NCBI RefSeq assembly: GCF_000189555.1
Contig: NC_017276.1
DNA from: Saccharolobus islandicus REY15A
GTDB taxonomy: Archaea > Thermoproteota > Thermoprotei_A > Sulfolobales > Sulfolobaceae
Reading direction: 5' to 3' (one strand)
DNA: 64,000 bases
The notes below the pieces were generated by a model. The model was not told the origin of the DNA. It saw nothing but the letters and a program-made list of their open reading frames with translations, and did no database searches. Shown here in pieces: positions 29,199 to 39,516 of the stretch. Numbering within the stretch: position 1 is the first letter of the stretch; every line of letters starts with the position of its first letter. Made by a program: the position numbers and the translations under genes.

Positions 29199-31094
29199 TT
29201 ATACACCTAAGTATAAAGTAAAATTAAAGGTTAAAAATTTAGATAAAAATATATTTGAAAAAAAGTTTATTTTATTTAAGAATGTATTTATAACATATTT
29301 ATATCTAGTTTGATCTAAATATATCATTAATACGATTAGCAATGGAAATGGTAATAAATTAACACCGTTTACAGCATAGTAATTTACACTATTAACCTTA
29401 TTAGCATATTGCTGTTGTCCAAGTTTCTTAAGATATGGCAATAAATAGTGAGGTGGTGTTAGTAAGAATGATGGAGTATAACTTGAATTATATGTATAAG
29501 TGCTTGGATTGACCCATGGTGGTAGATAATTACCAAATGGATTTCCTCTTTGTCCCACGAAGCCGAAACCATCTTTCGCAGCTATTTGCCATTCGTGGAA
29601 TGTCATATTTTCAGCTTTGAATAGAGCTGCGTTAAATGTGGGAAGATACGATGAACCTTGCTCTTGTAGATTCAACTCTTGCGCTATTAGGAAGTAGAAC
29701 ACATCATCAAATAGGGTCCCATCAGCGAACGCCCATGTAAAGTTCTGTGCTGGCGTATTTAGTAAAGATTGATAATCATACCACTGCATTGGAGTAGAAT
29801 AGTAATCTGTTGAATTAGCCCATATTGACACACCCTTGTAGTATGTCCATATCTTCTGTCCTTCATACGAAGTCCAGAATTTTGCAAAATTTATAGCAGC
29901 TTGCTCTTGTGGATTATTAACAGTAGGTATTGCAACAGAGTCCATATCTATAACGTAAATACCTTGTGTACCAGGGAATGGCATCGCCATTAGTGTAATA
30001 TTGGACCAGTTTAGATAGGGTTGTATAGCAGGATAAGTAGTAGTATTATACCATATAGCTGCGTATTCAGCAAGCCAATTGCCACCAGCTTCGAATACAG
30101 TTTGTCCTTTTATTACTAGTGCTAAAGCGGACCATATAGATTGACTTTGCCAGCTCGGAATCACACTGCTTTGACCTACAAACTGCAAGAATACGTTATC
30201 AGTTTCGTTAATAATCTTTTGAACTGTTACGTTATTTAAGTTAAGCACTCCATACATTAACTCATTTGATAATTTAGCAGCTCCTGCAGCTCCATAGTAT
30301 TGCGCAGCTACAGATAGGAATATTGCGAACCACAAATGTAATTGTTCATATCCACCTTCAGCGCCAGACATTGCCCACGGATTTATTCCATGTGCTTCTA
30401 ATTGTTGAGTATCATAGATTAGTAAACTTAAATTGGTAGGAATTGGTAAATTGTATTTCTTAAGGATTTGAGGATTGAAGTATAACTCCTCTGCTCTGTG
30501 CACGTTTGTTGGAGAGCCGAATATTGTACCATTATAAGATATAGCCATAAGTGCTTCCGTGACACCCTTCTGGAATAATCCCTCTTGGGCTAACAGTGGG
30601 GTCATATTGTATAAATCGTGGGGGCTAGGTAATAGTTCAACATAGGAAAGTACTTCTGGGCCTCCATGAGCCCAAAAGATACCCTGTAGCTTACCAGCCT
30701 CAATATCGTTAATTACAACATACCTCTCCTCTACACCACTAGCTCCTGGTAATGATGTGAATTGCACTGAATAGCCAGGGTAGTAAATTGAGAAATTTCC
30801 TCCAATCCATTTTAGTCCTACAGGGTCTTCAGCACCCCACGGATTTATAAAGTCTACTACATATGATGAAGCAGTTGATGTCGTTGTCGTAATAGAAGAT
30901 AAGGTAGAAGTTGTAGAAGAAGTCGTCACGGATAAACTGCTACTCGTACTGGTTAAACTCGTACTGGTAGCGGGTGGTTTGCTAGAGCTATAATATGCTG
31001 CAAGACCTCCAGCAATTGCTGCAATTATAATTACTACTACAATTATTATTATTGCTGTTCTAGATATCGCCTTGTATAATCTACGCCTAGACAT
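29199..31094 (-). CDS. araS: Arabinose-binding protein AraS
   Basis: Class III signal peptide (KAIS-RT..hydrophobic), S/T linker, CUT1 binding domain, known araS promoter upstream. Confidence 0.92.
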   Translation of the reverse strand: MSRRRLYKAISRTAIIIIVVVIIIAAIAGGLAAYYSSSKPPATSTSLTSTSSSLSVTTSSTTSTLSSITTTTSTASSYVVDFINPWGAEDPVGLKWIGGNFSIYYPGYSVQFTSLPGASGVEERYVVINDIEAGKLQGIFWAHGGPEVLSYVELLPSPHDLYNMTPLLAQEGLFQKGVTEALMAISYNGTIFGSPTNVHRAEELYFNPQILKKYNLPIPTNLSLLIYDTQQLEAHGINPWAMSGAEGGYEQLHLWFAIFLSVAAQYYGAAGAAKLSNELMYGVLNLNNVTVQKIINETDNVFLQFVGQSSVIPSWQSQSIWSALALVIKGQTVFEAGGNWLAEYAAIWYNTTTYPAIQPYLNWSNITLMAMPFPGTQGIYVIDMDSVAIPTVNNPQEQAAINFAKFWTSYEGQKIWTYYKGVSIWANSTDYYSTPMQWYDYQSLLNTPAQNFTWAFADGTLFDDVFYFLIAQELNLQEQGSSYLPTFNAALFKAENMTFHEWQIAAKDGFGFVGQRGNPFGNYLPPWVNPSTYTYNSSYTPSFLLTPPHYLLPYLKKLGQQQYANKVNSVNYYAVNGVNLLPFPLLIVLMIYLDQTRYKYVINTFLNKINFFSNIFLSKFLTFNFTLYLGV

Positions 31095-31123
31095 ATTCTC
31101 GGGTACTTTTATGACCTAACTAT

Positions 31124-31158
31124 TTTATAAATAGTATACCTAACTTGTTTAACATTTA
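31124..31158 (-). promoter_or_regulatory. araS promoter: ARA box AACAAGTT (31142-31149) 10 nt upstream of TATA TTTATAAA (31124-31131)
   Basis: Matches the characterised arabinose-inducible araS promoter. Confidence 0.92.
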
Positions 31159-31341
31159 TATATCCGTAAAAGACGTTTTGTTAACATATTGGATGTTTTT
31201 CTAAAAATAACTATAATATAACTATTTTTCAATTAATGTTTTGATACATAATTTATGTTTATGGGAGTCCTTAAATGATCGTGAAAATTCAACATGACCA
31301 CAATGCACATAAAAGATCAAACTCAGATTATCTAAGATCTT

Positions 31342-32883
31342 CTAAGCTTCATCTCTAAATACTCTCCTCATTATTTTTCCAGATGGGGTTTTAGGGATAT
31401 CATTCACGAATCTAACTTGCTTGGGAACCTTATATGGAGCTAAATGCATTCTACAATACTTTATTATATCGGCAGCCAAGTCATCTGAAAGTGAATATCC
31501 CTTTTTCAGCTTCACGTAAGCCACAATATTTTCTCCCCTATACTCATCTGGCACTCCAACAACTACGGCCTCATCTACGGCATAATGTTGGTATATTACT
31601 TCCTCAACCTCTCTAGGCATTACCTTAAAACCAGAGGCGTTTATTATATCCTTCTTTCTATCGATAATGTAAACCCAATTGTTTATTATTTTTCCTATGT
31701 CTCCAGTTGGCAACCAACCATCCTTAAACTCACCCATCCCCCAATACCCCTTAACGACTTGCGGTCCTCTAACGAATATTTCCCCATCCTCCCCTATCAT
31801 TATTTCAGTATTGTATACTGGAATTCCCGAACTCACAATACCGTATTCTGGCTCAACCGGCAAATTACCGTTATAGGGATATGGCCATAAAGTTGCAGGC
31901 GAAGTAGTTTCAGTTAATCCCCATGCCATGTAAACCCAATCCCCTACTCTCTTCCTCCATTCTTCCTCTATTACTCTCGGCATGGCCATCCCTCCAGAGG
32001 ACCAAAGTCTCATGCTTGACAAATCTTGCTTATCTAATACGTTCAGCATGGCCCTATATACAGTTGCTACAGCCATTGTTAATGTAGTTTTATTCTCTTC
32101 AATAATTCTAAGGGAAAGTTCTGGATCAAATCTAAATGAAGTGTAAATTGATGAGCCGGCTAGGATTGAAGTTGTTATGTGAAATATTTGGCCAGTTATG
32201 TGGAAAAATGGAGCTATGCCTAGTATCTTATCATTTTCAGTATACTTGAACCAATTTTTATAAATCCACGAGGAGGCGTAAATATTAGAGTGAGTTATTG
32301 GAACGCCTTTAGGTTTTCCCGTAGTACCCGAAGTATACACTAATAAGGCTAAATCATCAACGTTTACCTTTACGTTATCCACTTTAAATTTATTACTTTT
32401 GAGGTTCAATTCTTCCTCACAATGATCTTCGACTCTCCATTTTCCCTTATACTCATATGGTAATTCATGGAAAGTATTGGGATTAGTTGTGATTATTTTT
32501 ATTATGTCACTTAATTTCCTAACATTAGATTCACATGAGGCAATAGCTATTTTTGGATTAGCATCTTGTATTAAGTATTTTAATTCATATTCAGTATAGG
32601 AAGGATTAACTGGTAATACTACTCCCCCCAATTTCCATATTGCATATTCTGCTATAATAAATTGGGGAATGTTTTGTGTAGATATAATTACAACATTTCC
32701 TTTTTTAACGTACTCTGATAGCTGGCTAGCAATAGAGTTTGCCATACGATGAAGCTCTTCAAAAGTAATTTTGTTTCCGAAATAGTCTAGTGCAATCCTA
32801 TCCTTGAATAACTTTACACTTTCATTAATTGTATCAATTTGAGTTTTAGGTTCCCAAAACTCTTCTTTTCCCTTTATGTTCAT
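31342..32883 (-). CDS. Long-chain acyl-CoA synthetase (AMP-binding)
   Basis: YTSGTTGKPKG, WGLTE, GWLPTGD, PKTPSGKI. Confidence 0.92.
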   Translation of the reverse strand: MNIKGKEEFWEPKTQIDTINESVKLFKDRIALDYFGNKITFEELHRMANSIASQLSEYVKKGNVVIISTQNIPQFIIAEYAIWKLGGVVLPVNPSYTEYELKYLIQDANPKIAIASCESNVRKLSDIIKIITTNPNTFHELPYEYKGKWRVEDHCEEELNLKSNKFKVDNVKVNVDDLALLVYTSGTTGKPKGVPITHSNIYASSWIYKNWFKYTENDKILGIAPFFHITGQIFHITTSILAGSSIYTSFRFDPELSLRIIEENKTTLTMAVATVYRAMLNVLDKQDLSSMRLWSSGGMAMPRVIEEEWRKRVGDWVYMAWGLTETTSPATLWPYPYNGNLPVEPEYGIVSSGIPVYNTEIMIGEDGEIFVRGPQVVKGYWGMGEFKDGWLPTGDIGKIINNWVYIIDRKKDIINASGFKVMPREVEEVIYQHYAVDEAVVVGVPDEYRGENIVAYVKLKKGYSLSDDLAADIIKYCRMHLAPYKVPKQVRFVNDIPKTPSGKIMRRVFRDEA

Positions 32884-33023
32884 AATTAATAATTAAACGT
32901 TTTCTTATTAAGTGCTTAACCCTTTACATCTCTAATATAATTAGAGGTTTTAAATGAAGCTAAGCATTATTGCGTCTTTACTAGTAAAGATGCTAAAATA
33001 AAGAATCTAGATAAGTATTTTAC

Positions 33024-33180
33024 ATGAGTGAGCGAGAAAATAAGTCTGAAGAAGTATATATGAGACGTACAAGGATTTAAGGCAATAGGAGTAAGACCTA
33101 TACCCAAGAATTTCGGTTATATGTCTCCTTCAAAAATATTCATATTTTGGGCTGTGGCTAGAGCATCGGCTCACTCATAG
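33024..33180 (+). pseudogene. 5' remnant of an NCS1 (purine/cytosine) permease
   Basis: Broken frame giving GVRPIPKNFGYMSPSKIFIFWA; lies just before the nucleoside hydrolase remnant. Confidence 0.45.
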
Positions 33181-33224
33181 AGGCATTGTTATATTACTTA
33201 TATTAAATGGAAAAAGTGAAATAG

Positions 33225-34439
33225 ATAAGATACTTCATAATAGACTGTGACACTGCAGAAGATGATATAATGAGTTTGATAATGCTGATTAAAAACAATA
33301 TACAAGTTGTCGGGATTACTATTGTTGAAGGTAATGTAAACTTTAATCAGCAAGTAGACACTATGTTATGGGCTTTAGAGTTTCTAAATATCGATATTCC
33401 AGTATATCCAATTCAAAAACACCACTAGTTAAGTGTTTACCCGTGGCGTAACTTTTCCTTACTTTTAATTACTTCTAATTCCGCCACGGGCACCCCTCCT
33501 AAGGGATCATACACAGTCACCCTTAAATCATTGGGGCTGGTCGAGGGAAACACCACTACCCTCCCATCCACACTTTTATCACTCCCCAAACCTCGTGAGC
33601 AGTCATCAGTTGGGAGATCATCAATAAAAAATACAGTGTAATACTATATAAACATTATTTAATCAAAACGGTATTTAGAAGTAATTAAAAATAACGAGTA
33701 GTTACATGAAAGAATTACAGTCTTTTAAAACCGTAGAAGATGTTCATGGAAAGGGAGGAATAGAAATGAGATTGTAAAACCAAATAAGACTTAAGGCACA
33801 AAGTAAGCATGCTGTTGATGCTATAACGGAGTTATGTGAAACGTATTTCGGGGAATTAGAGTTTTTAGCTATCTCTCCGTTAACTAATTTAGCCTTAGCA
33901 TATCTAAAGTATTCTAGATTAACTGAATGTATACATTATGGGTGGTACAATCTATGGAAGAGGCAACATTACACCAATAGCAGAATATAATTTTTGGGTA
34001 GACCAGCGTAAAGATAGCATTACACGCTGGTTTCACTAACGTAACATTAGTTCCTTGAGAGGTTGCAGTGGCTAATACTATTGATCCTAATATCTGGAGT
34101 TTCATAAATCCCTTAATATAAAACTTTCTAATTTTTACGTTAAGATTTATTCACATTATAGAACATTTTCGATGCGGATATAAAGAATGAGGGGAAATCC
34201 ACATCCAGACGTTATTACAGCACCTATAGCCATTGACCCAAATATTATTAAAAAATCTAATAAAGAGTACGTAGATGTTGAAACTAATGAGGGGTTAACT
34301 AGAGGTGTCACTATAATAGATTACGTGGACCCTGACATATTATTGGTAACAATAAACCTAACGCCGAAGTCTATATAACATCAATTATGAGAAATTTATC
34401 CAAACCTTACTAAAAAACTTTAACTTCAGATTGAGTTAA
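33225..34439 (+). pseudogene. Inosine/uridine-preferring nucleoside hydrolase, multiply disrupted
   Basis: [13 protein letters not shown] (DxDxxxDD), [29 protein letters not shown]; start is ATA, several frameshifts, ~287-bp insertion. Confidence 0.88.
33438..33724 (-). mobile_element. Miniature IS200/IS605-derived non-autonomous element (SMN1-like)
   Basis: Removing it rejoins PLVK-C-FKTVED in frame; no TSD; TTTAA immediately 5' of its left end on the minus strand; 15-bp internal IR and 9-bp GC stem. Confidence 0.7.
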
Positions 34440-35116
34440 TCCATCAAGTCAGAGATTTTTTTAAGTATCTTCCTTAAAGAGAAAGAGATATTCATCTTAC
34501 TAACTCCCAATTGTTTAGCTAGCTCTTGAGAGTTCCTATCTCTAGGCACATTAAAATAACCTAACTCTCTTGCCTTTCTCAATAGCATTCTCTCCTTTTC
34601 AGTTAGGAGCATCTCGAACGAGTTCCTACTTATTACTTTGAATATTATTTCCTCATTAACGTCCTTCTCCACGAAGTTGATAATTTTTACCCTGTCATCC
34701 TTTATTATGGCGTCTACAACTAAAGTCTTAACGTCTCTTGGTACTATAACGTCGTAGATCTCCTTACCATCTCGTATGGTAGTCCCAATGATAGAAGTAC
34801 CCTTAGCTCTCAGTTTACTTATCATCGTATTCTCAGCCTCTTGTAACATCGATATTAAATAGATTGAGTACTTATTATTATCACTAACAATCTCTGATAT
34901 ATCAAAGTCTATAATACTCCTATCTTTAGTCATAATGTTCTTAATCTGACCTTTAATATTTTCTTTACTCCCTCTAATCATAGCAATCCTACTTGCCTTA
35001 AGTACATCAAAACTAGAGTACTCAATGTTAATTAACGTATCAATATAATTTCCACTCGTGAGCTCCGACCAACAGCCATGATGCGAAACCATCACGTTAA
35101 TGTACTTATGGCTCAC
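34436..35116 (-). CDS. HTH-10 (bacterio-opsin activator type) regulator, divergent from the fucosidase; candidate pentose/fucose activator
   Basis: LTEKERMLLRKARELGYFNVPRDRNSQELAKQLGVSK; likely GTG start 35116 (ORF track extends to 35173). Confidence 0.85.
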   Translation of the reverse strand: MSHKYINVMVSHHGCWSELTSGNYIDTLINIEYSSFDVLKASRIAMIRGSKENIKGQIKNIMTKDRSIIDFDISEIVSDNNKYSIYLISMLQEAENTMISKLRAKGTSIIGTTIRDGKEIYDVIVPRDVKTLVVDAIIKDDRVKIINFVEKDVNEEIIFKVISRNSFEMLLTEKERMLLRKARELGYFNVPRDRNSQELAKQLGVSKMNISFSLRKILKKISDLMD

Positions 35117-35211
35117 AAGTTCATACTTTTTTAAAAGTTTAAAAGCTTTCCAATTATACGTTAATGAAAGCATTTTCCCAAAACTGCTTTTCCCTAAAAG
35201 ACATTATCAGC

Positions 35212-35245
35212 TAAATGTTAATCAACTTAAGAGAAAGTTTAAGTA
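35212..35245 (+). promoter_or_regulatory. Fucosidase promoter with an ARA-box-like element
   Basis: TAAATGTTAATCAACTTA matches the araS TAAATGTTAAACAAGTTA at 16/18 positions, then TATA TTTAAGTA at 35238. Confidence 0.6.
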
Positions 35246-35278
35246 TACTTCCTTTAATCAAATAGGTAGGTCAGTTAA

Positions 35279-36781
35279 ATGTCACAAAATTCTTACAAAA
35301 TCTTGAAATCACTTCCAGTACCATCTAATGGTCCTTTCAAACCTACCTGGAGTTCATTAAAAAAGTATAGAGTCCCATCGTGGCTTACTACCTCTAAATT
35401 CGGTATTTTTATCCATTGGGGAGTATACTCAGTACCAGCATTTGGTAATGAATGGTACCCTAGATACATGTACATGCCAGATAGACCAGAACACCAATAT
35501 CACCTAAAAAACTTCGGCCCAGTAACCGATTTCGGATATAAGGATTTCATACCGATGTTCACTGGAGAGAATTGGGATCCATATGAGTGGGCTAAGCTCT
35601 TTAAGAAAAGTGGAGCTAAATTCGTAGTCCTAGTTGCAGAACATCACGATGGATTTGCACTATGGGAATCAAATTACACTAGGTGGTGTGCAACCAAGAT
35701 TGGACCTAAAAGAGACATTGTTAGAGAACTTAAGGAAGCTGTTGAAGGTCAAGGGCTAATATTTGGCATTTCGTATCATAGGGCTGAGCACTGGTGGTTT
35801 TTCGATCAAGGGATGAAAATAGAGTCTGATGTAAAGGATCCCAGATATCTCGATTTATATGGTCCAGCTCAGTCTGCTTCCCTAAATCCTAGAGATCCAC
35901 CTTCAAAGGATAATGTACAGCCAAATGATGAGTTTCTAATGGATTGGTTGCTTAGAATTGTTGAGGCTGTTGAAAAGTATAGGCCATGGCTAGTCTATTT
36001 CGACTGGTGGATTGCCAATCCCTCTTTCCAACCATACTTGAAAGCTTTTGCATCCTATTACTATAATAGGTCATATAAATGGGGAATAGAACCCGTAATA
36101 ATTTACAAGCAAGGGGCATTTGAGGAAGGTACAGCCATACCGGATTTAGCTGAAAGGGGAACAATAAAGAACGTATATCCCTCCACATGGTTAGCTGACA
36201 CTTCTATAGACTACAAATCCTGGGGTTACATCAAAGATGCTGAATACAAGCTACCTAGTGTTATATTATCCCATTTAGGTGATGTTGTTAGTAAAAATGG
36301 AGTTTTTCTCTTGAATATAGGACCTAAAGCTGACGGTACGATACCAGAAGAGGCTAAGAGAATTTTACTTGATGTTGGGGATTGGCTAAATGTAAATGGC
36401 GAAACGATTTTCGGATCAAAACCGTGGAGAGTTTACGGAGAAGGTCCTTCGGAAATTAATGAAGGGGGATCCTTTACAGAGAGAAAAATTACTTTAGGCG
36501 ATCAAGATGTGAGATACACTGTGAAAGACTATTATCCGCGACAAAGGCATATTTACGCTATTGTCTTCGGAAAGCCTAAGGAAATTACGTTAAGGTCGTT
36601 TATGAAAAATCTAAAGCTAATAGAAGAAGGTGTAATAGTAGATGTAAGCAGATTAGATGGGAAAGGTAAGTTAGAGTGGAGTTTAAGTGATGAAGGTTTA
36701 AAGATAAAAATAGAGGAAGTTACAAGGGCTCCCCTTGTTATAAGGGTTATCCTAGATTATAGATTAGGTAGCGCTACTTAG
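35279..36781 (+). CDS. fucA1: Alpha-L-fucosidase GH29, uninterrupted allele
   Basis: KFGIFIHWGVYSVP, AEHHDGFALW, nucleophile motif VYFDWW; single 500-aa ORF. Confidence 0.95.
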   Translation: MSQNSYKILKSLPVPSNGPFKPTWSSLKKYRVPSWLTTSKFGIFIHWGVYSVPAFGNEWYPRYMYMPDRPEHQYHLKNFGPVTDFGYKDFIPMFTGENWDPYEWAKLFKKSGAKFVVLVAEHHDGFALWESNYTRWCATKIGPKRDIVRELKEAVEGQGLIFGISYHRAEHWWFFDQGMKIESDVKDPRYLDLYGPAQSASLNPRDPPSKDNVQPNDEFLMDWLLRIVEAVEKYRPWLVYFDWWIANPSFQPYLKAFASYYYNRSYKWGIEPVIIYKQGAFEEGTAIPDLAERGTIKNVYPSTWLADTSIDYKSWGYIKDAEYKLPSVILSHLGDVVSKNGVFLLNIGPKADGTIPEEAKRILLDVGDWLNVNGETIFGSKPWRVYGEGPSEINEGGSFTERKITLGDQDVRYTVKDYYPRQRHIYAIVFGKPKEITLRSFMKNLKLIEEGVIVDVSRLDGKGKLEWSLSDEGLKIKIEEVTRAPLVIRVILDYRLGSAT

Positions 36782-37373
36782 TAGTATATATTGGGTTACA
36801 ATTTACTATTGCTTAGTATTTAATAGGCTTCAAATCTTTTTGCCAAGATACCTAGTGCATACTATAACGAGAACTTTAAAAGGATGTATTCAAATTATAT
36901 TGTGTTAAGTGAATTCGTAGAAAAGTTGAATAATGTTTATAAAATAGTCTACAATACCATTCCTTAGTGAAAAAGAATTAGCATATCATCACATGAAAAT
37001 ACATTATTGTTAATAGTTACGGATCTGAAGTTAAAATATTTATTCATGTGATTTTTCTGGTTTAAATAGCGGTACTAACCTATAAAAGTATTTAGTAAAA
37101 TTTAAACATGACAGAGTTCTTTATATGATTAAATTTAATTTAAGTTAAAATTCAGTTATTTCATATCGATAAGTTTCCCTTTCTTTTAAGTATATGCTAC
37201 TTAGTACAATGAATTATGAATATCACATAATCTTTATGTGATTTCTTTTACCTATATTCTTAATTGCTAGTATTAAATATATCTAAATATCTAACTTGAT
37301 TTAATGTATAGGAAGTTAGTAAAAGTTTTTAAAAATAGTAAAAATCTGGATATATCTTCTTAATACATTAGAA

Positions 37374-38345
37374 TCATTTTCTATTCTTATAATTTCCTAA
37401 CATTGGTACTTCTATTATCTCCTGTTCCTCAGGTATAACAATCTTTTCCGGAATTACCTTAGGTTTAACCTCTTTTAGTCTAGGATCAATAAACTCGTCT
37501 ATTCCTATATTCAATATCCCTAGACCAGCGCCTAATATCATAATTGGTATTATCGCACCTAATATCCACCACCACTGATTACTTAGGTAAGCTCCGTTGG
37601 ATGAGATAAAGAATAGCATAGTTCCTAAATTGTTTATGTTAGTTGGCAATACACCCCAAAATTCTGCAGTAATTAGTGATAAGATTCCATATAATACTCC
37701 AAAAAGAAACTGTGCAACTGTTAAAGGAAGTATCGATGGTAATATTTGATTAAATATTATTCTCCAAGATTTCTCTCCAATTAATCTTGAAGCGATAATA
37801 TAATCCCTTTTTGATATAGAAAGGACTTGAGCTCTTATTTGCTTGGCACCGAAAGCCCAACTAGTTATTGCAAGTCCTATAACAACTATTATGTAACTCA
37901 AGGTTATATTTATAGTCGAACTAGCAGCTCTAAAATACGCTTCTATTATTACTAATAAGATGACACCTGGAATAGTTAAAGCGGTAATAGTTAATATATC
38001 AATTATTACACCACTTATCTTACCACCGTAGTAGCCTCCAAACAATCCAATTAGCGTACTAATAATTGCAATTGATGCTCCAACTGAAATTCCTACAATT
38101 AGAGAGGTTAGTGTAGATGCCATCATCACTGAGAGAACATCATGACCAAATTCATCAGTCCCTAAGATATGAGCTGAACTAGGAGGAAGAGAAATTCCGA
38201 AGGTTTCTGAAACTGGATATGGTGTCCAAAAAGCTCCCACTATCCCTATCGCAAAGTCTACTAGGATTATTACAAGTCCAGCTAATATAAATTTATTATT
38301 AAGTAATGTTTTTCTAATTCTATTATAATATTTACTCACTTTCAC
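37374..38345 (-). CDS. Family-5 (Opp/Dpp-type) oligosaccharide ABC permease, OppC-like
   Basis: HILGTDEFGHDV, DYIIASRLIG; syntenic with the P2 maltose/oligosaccharide transporter. Confidence 0.88.
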   Translation of the reverse strand: MKVSKYYNRIRKTLLNNKFILAGLVIILVDFAIGIVGAFWTPYPVSETFGISLPPSSAHILGTDEFGHDVLSVMMASTLTSLIVGISVGASIAIISTLIGLFGGYYGGKISGVIIDILTITALTIPGVILLVIIEAYFRAASSTINITLSYIIVVIGLAITSWAFGAKQIRAQVLSISKRDYIIASRLIGEKSWRIIFNQILPSILPLTVAQFLFGVLYGILSLITAEFWGVLPTNINNLGTMLFFISSNGAYLSNQWWWILGAIIPIMILGAGLGILNIGIDEFIDPRLKEVKPKVIPEKIVIPEEQEIIEVPMLGNYKNRK

Positions 38346-39342
38346 TCACCCTTGCTCTAGGATCTAGGATAGTATAGATTGCTTCAACTACAGCTATTGA
38401 AAGTATTAACATTATTGCGATAAATAAGAAAATCCCTTGAAGAAGGGGTAAATCCTTTGAAGTTAATGCTAATCCAAAGAAGAATCCCACACCCGGTGTC
38501 GTTAATAGACCTTCTACAGTCAGTGACTGGCTTATTGCGAGACCTAATATTATTGCGAAGGCGGTTATGTTTGGTAACAATGAGTTTTTGTAAACCATCT
38601 TTCTAATTCGATTACGATCTAATCCAAGAATCTCTGCGTAAGTTACATAATTATCTCTAATTGTATGTAGCATATTATTTCTCATTCCCAGCACAAATCC
38701 CGATAATGATGTAAACATTAACGCTATTATTGGGAGTGTATAAAATCTTGCAAGGGCCATAATTGAATTGGGACTAGTATTAATTTTGCTTGGGAAGCTT
38801 ATAAGAAATATTCCGTGTTGCACGGATAACCACATTTCTAAATACATTAAAATAACGAATGAAGGCAAAGCAGCCAAGATTGATGTAATTATTAATATTA
38901 CTAAATCTTTTCTACTTCTTCTGTTAAAACCGGCTATACTTCCAAGATAACTTCCAAGGAAGAAGGCTATGATTGCTCCAACTACGACTAGAAATAATGT
39001 CCAAGGTAATCCGCTTAAAATTATGGAGAGTACAGGAGTTGGGTAATATGTTATGCTGGCTCCTAGATTTAACGTAAATATTCCTTGTATGTAATGCGCA
39101 TACTGTACATACCATGGGGCAGGAGTTAAACCAAATGCAGCTTCAAGCTGGCTTACTTCAAGGGCTATCGCGCTACTTCCAGCTGTAGCAGCGACACCAT
39201 TCTGTCCTTCAATTAAGGATATTACTACAGCAAGAGCGCTTCCTGGCATTAATCTTGGTAATATGAAGTTTACTGTTATGACCACAAAAAATGTGGCCAC
39301 ATAAATTGCAAGTTTGTAGAGAATATAAGTTACTTTCGTCAG
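38332..39342 (-). CDS. Family-5 ABC permease, OppB-like
   Basis: NFILPRLMPG, DNYVTYAEILG; frame open to CTG 39342 after a GGTGA RBS (track start GTG 39300). Confidence 0.88.
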   Translation of the reverse strand: MTKVTYILYKLAIYVATFFVVITVNFILPRLMPGSALAVVISLIEGQNGVAATAGSSAIALEVSQLEAAFGLTPAPWYVQYAHYIQGIFTLNLGASITYYPTPVLSIILSGLPWTLFLVVVGAIIAFFLGSYLGSIAGFNRRSRKDLVILIITSILAALPSFVILMYLEMWLSVQHGIFLISFPSKINTSPNSIMALARFYTLPIIALMFTSLSGFVLGMRNNMLHTIRDNYVTYAEILGLDRNRIRKMVYKNSLLPNITAFAIILGLAISQSLTVEGLLTTPGVGFFFGLALTSKDLPLLQGIFLFIAIMLILSIAVVEAIYTILDPRARVSESE

Positions 39343-39516
39343 TTATCACCAAATATAATTATGTTTTACCATTGTATATAAACTTTTGTCATTCTGATAC
39401 TGAGATTAAACTAAATCGATTCAATCGTCTTTCTATACGAAAATACAGAATAACAATATATCGCAAAAAGTTTTTATTTTAGAGTTACTATGTTTTTTGT
39501 TAAAGTGGAGGAGATT

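Noticed and set aside
29199-29330. Odd AT-rich C-terminal tail of AraS suggesting stop-codon loss
   Set aside because: Cannot compare with orthologs here; the ORF ends 3 nt before araT, as expected for an operon
36790-37370. Long AT-rich gap between fucA and the permease as a hidden gene or ncRNA
   Set aside because: No sustained ORF, GC-rich stem or repeat found
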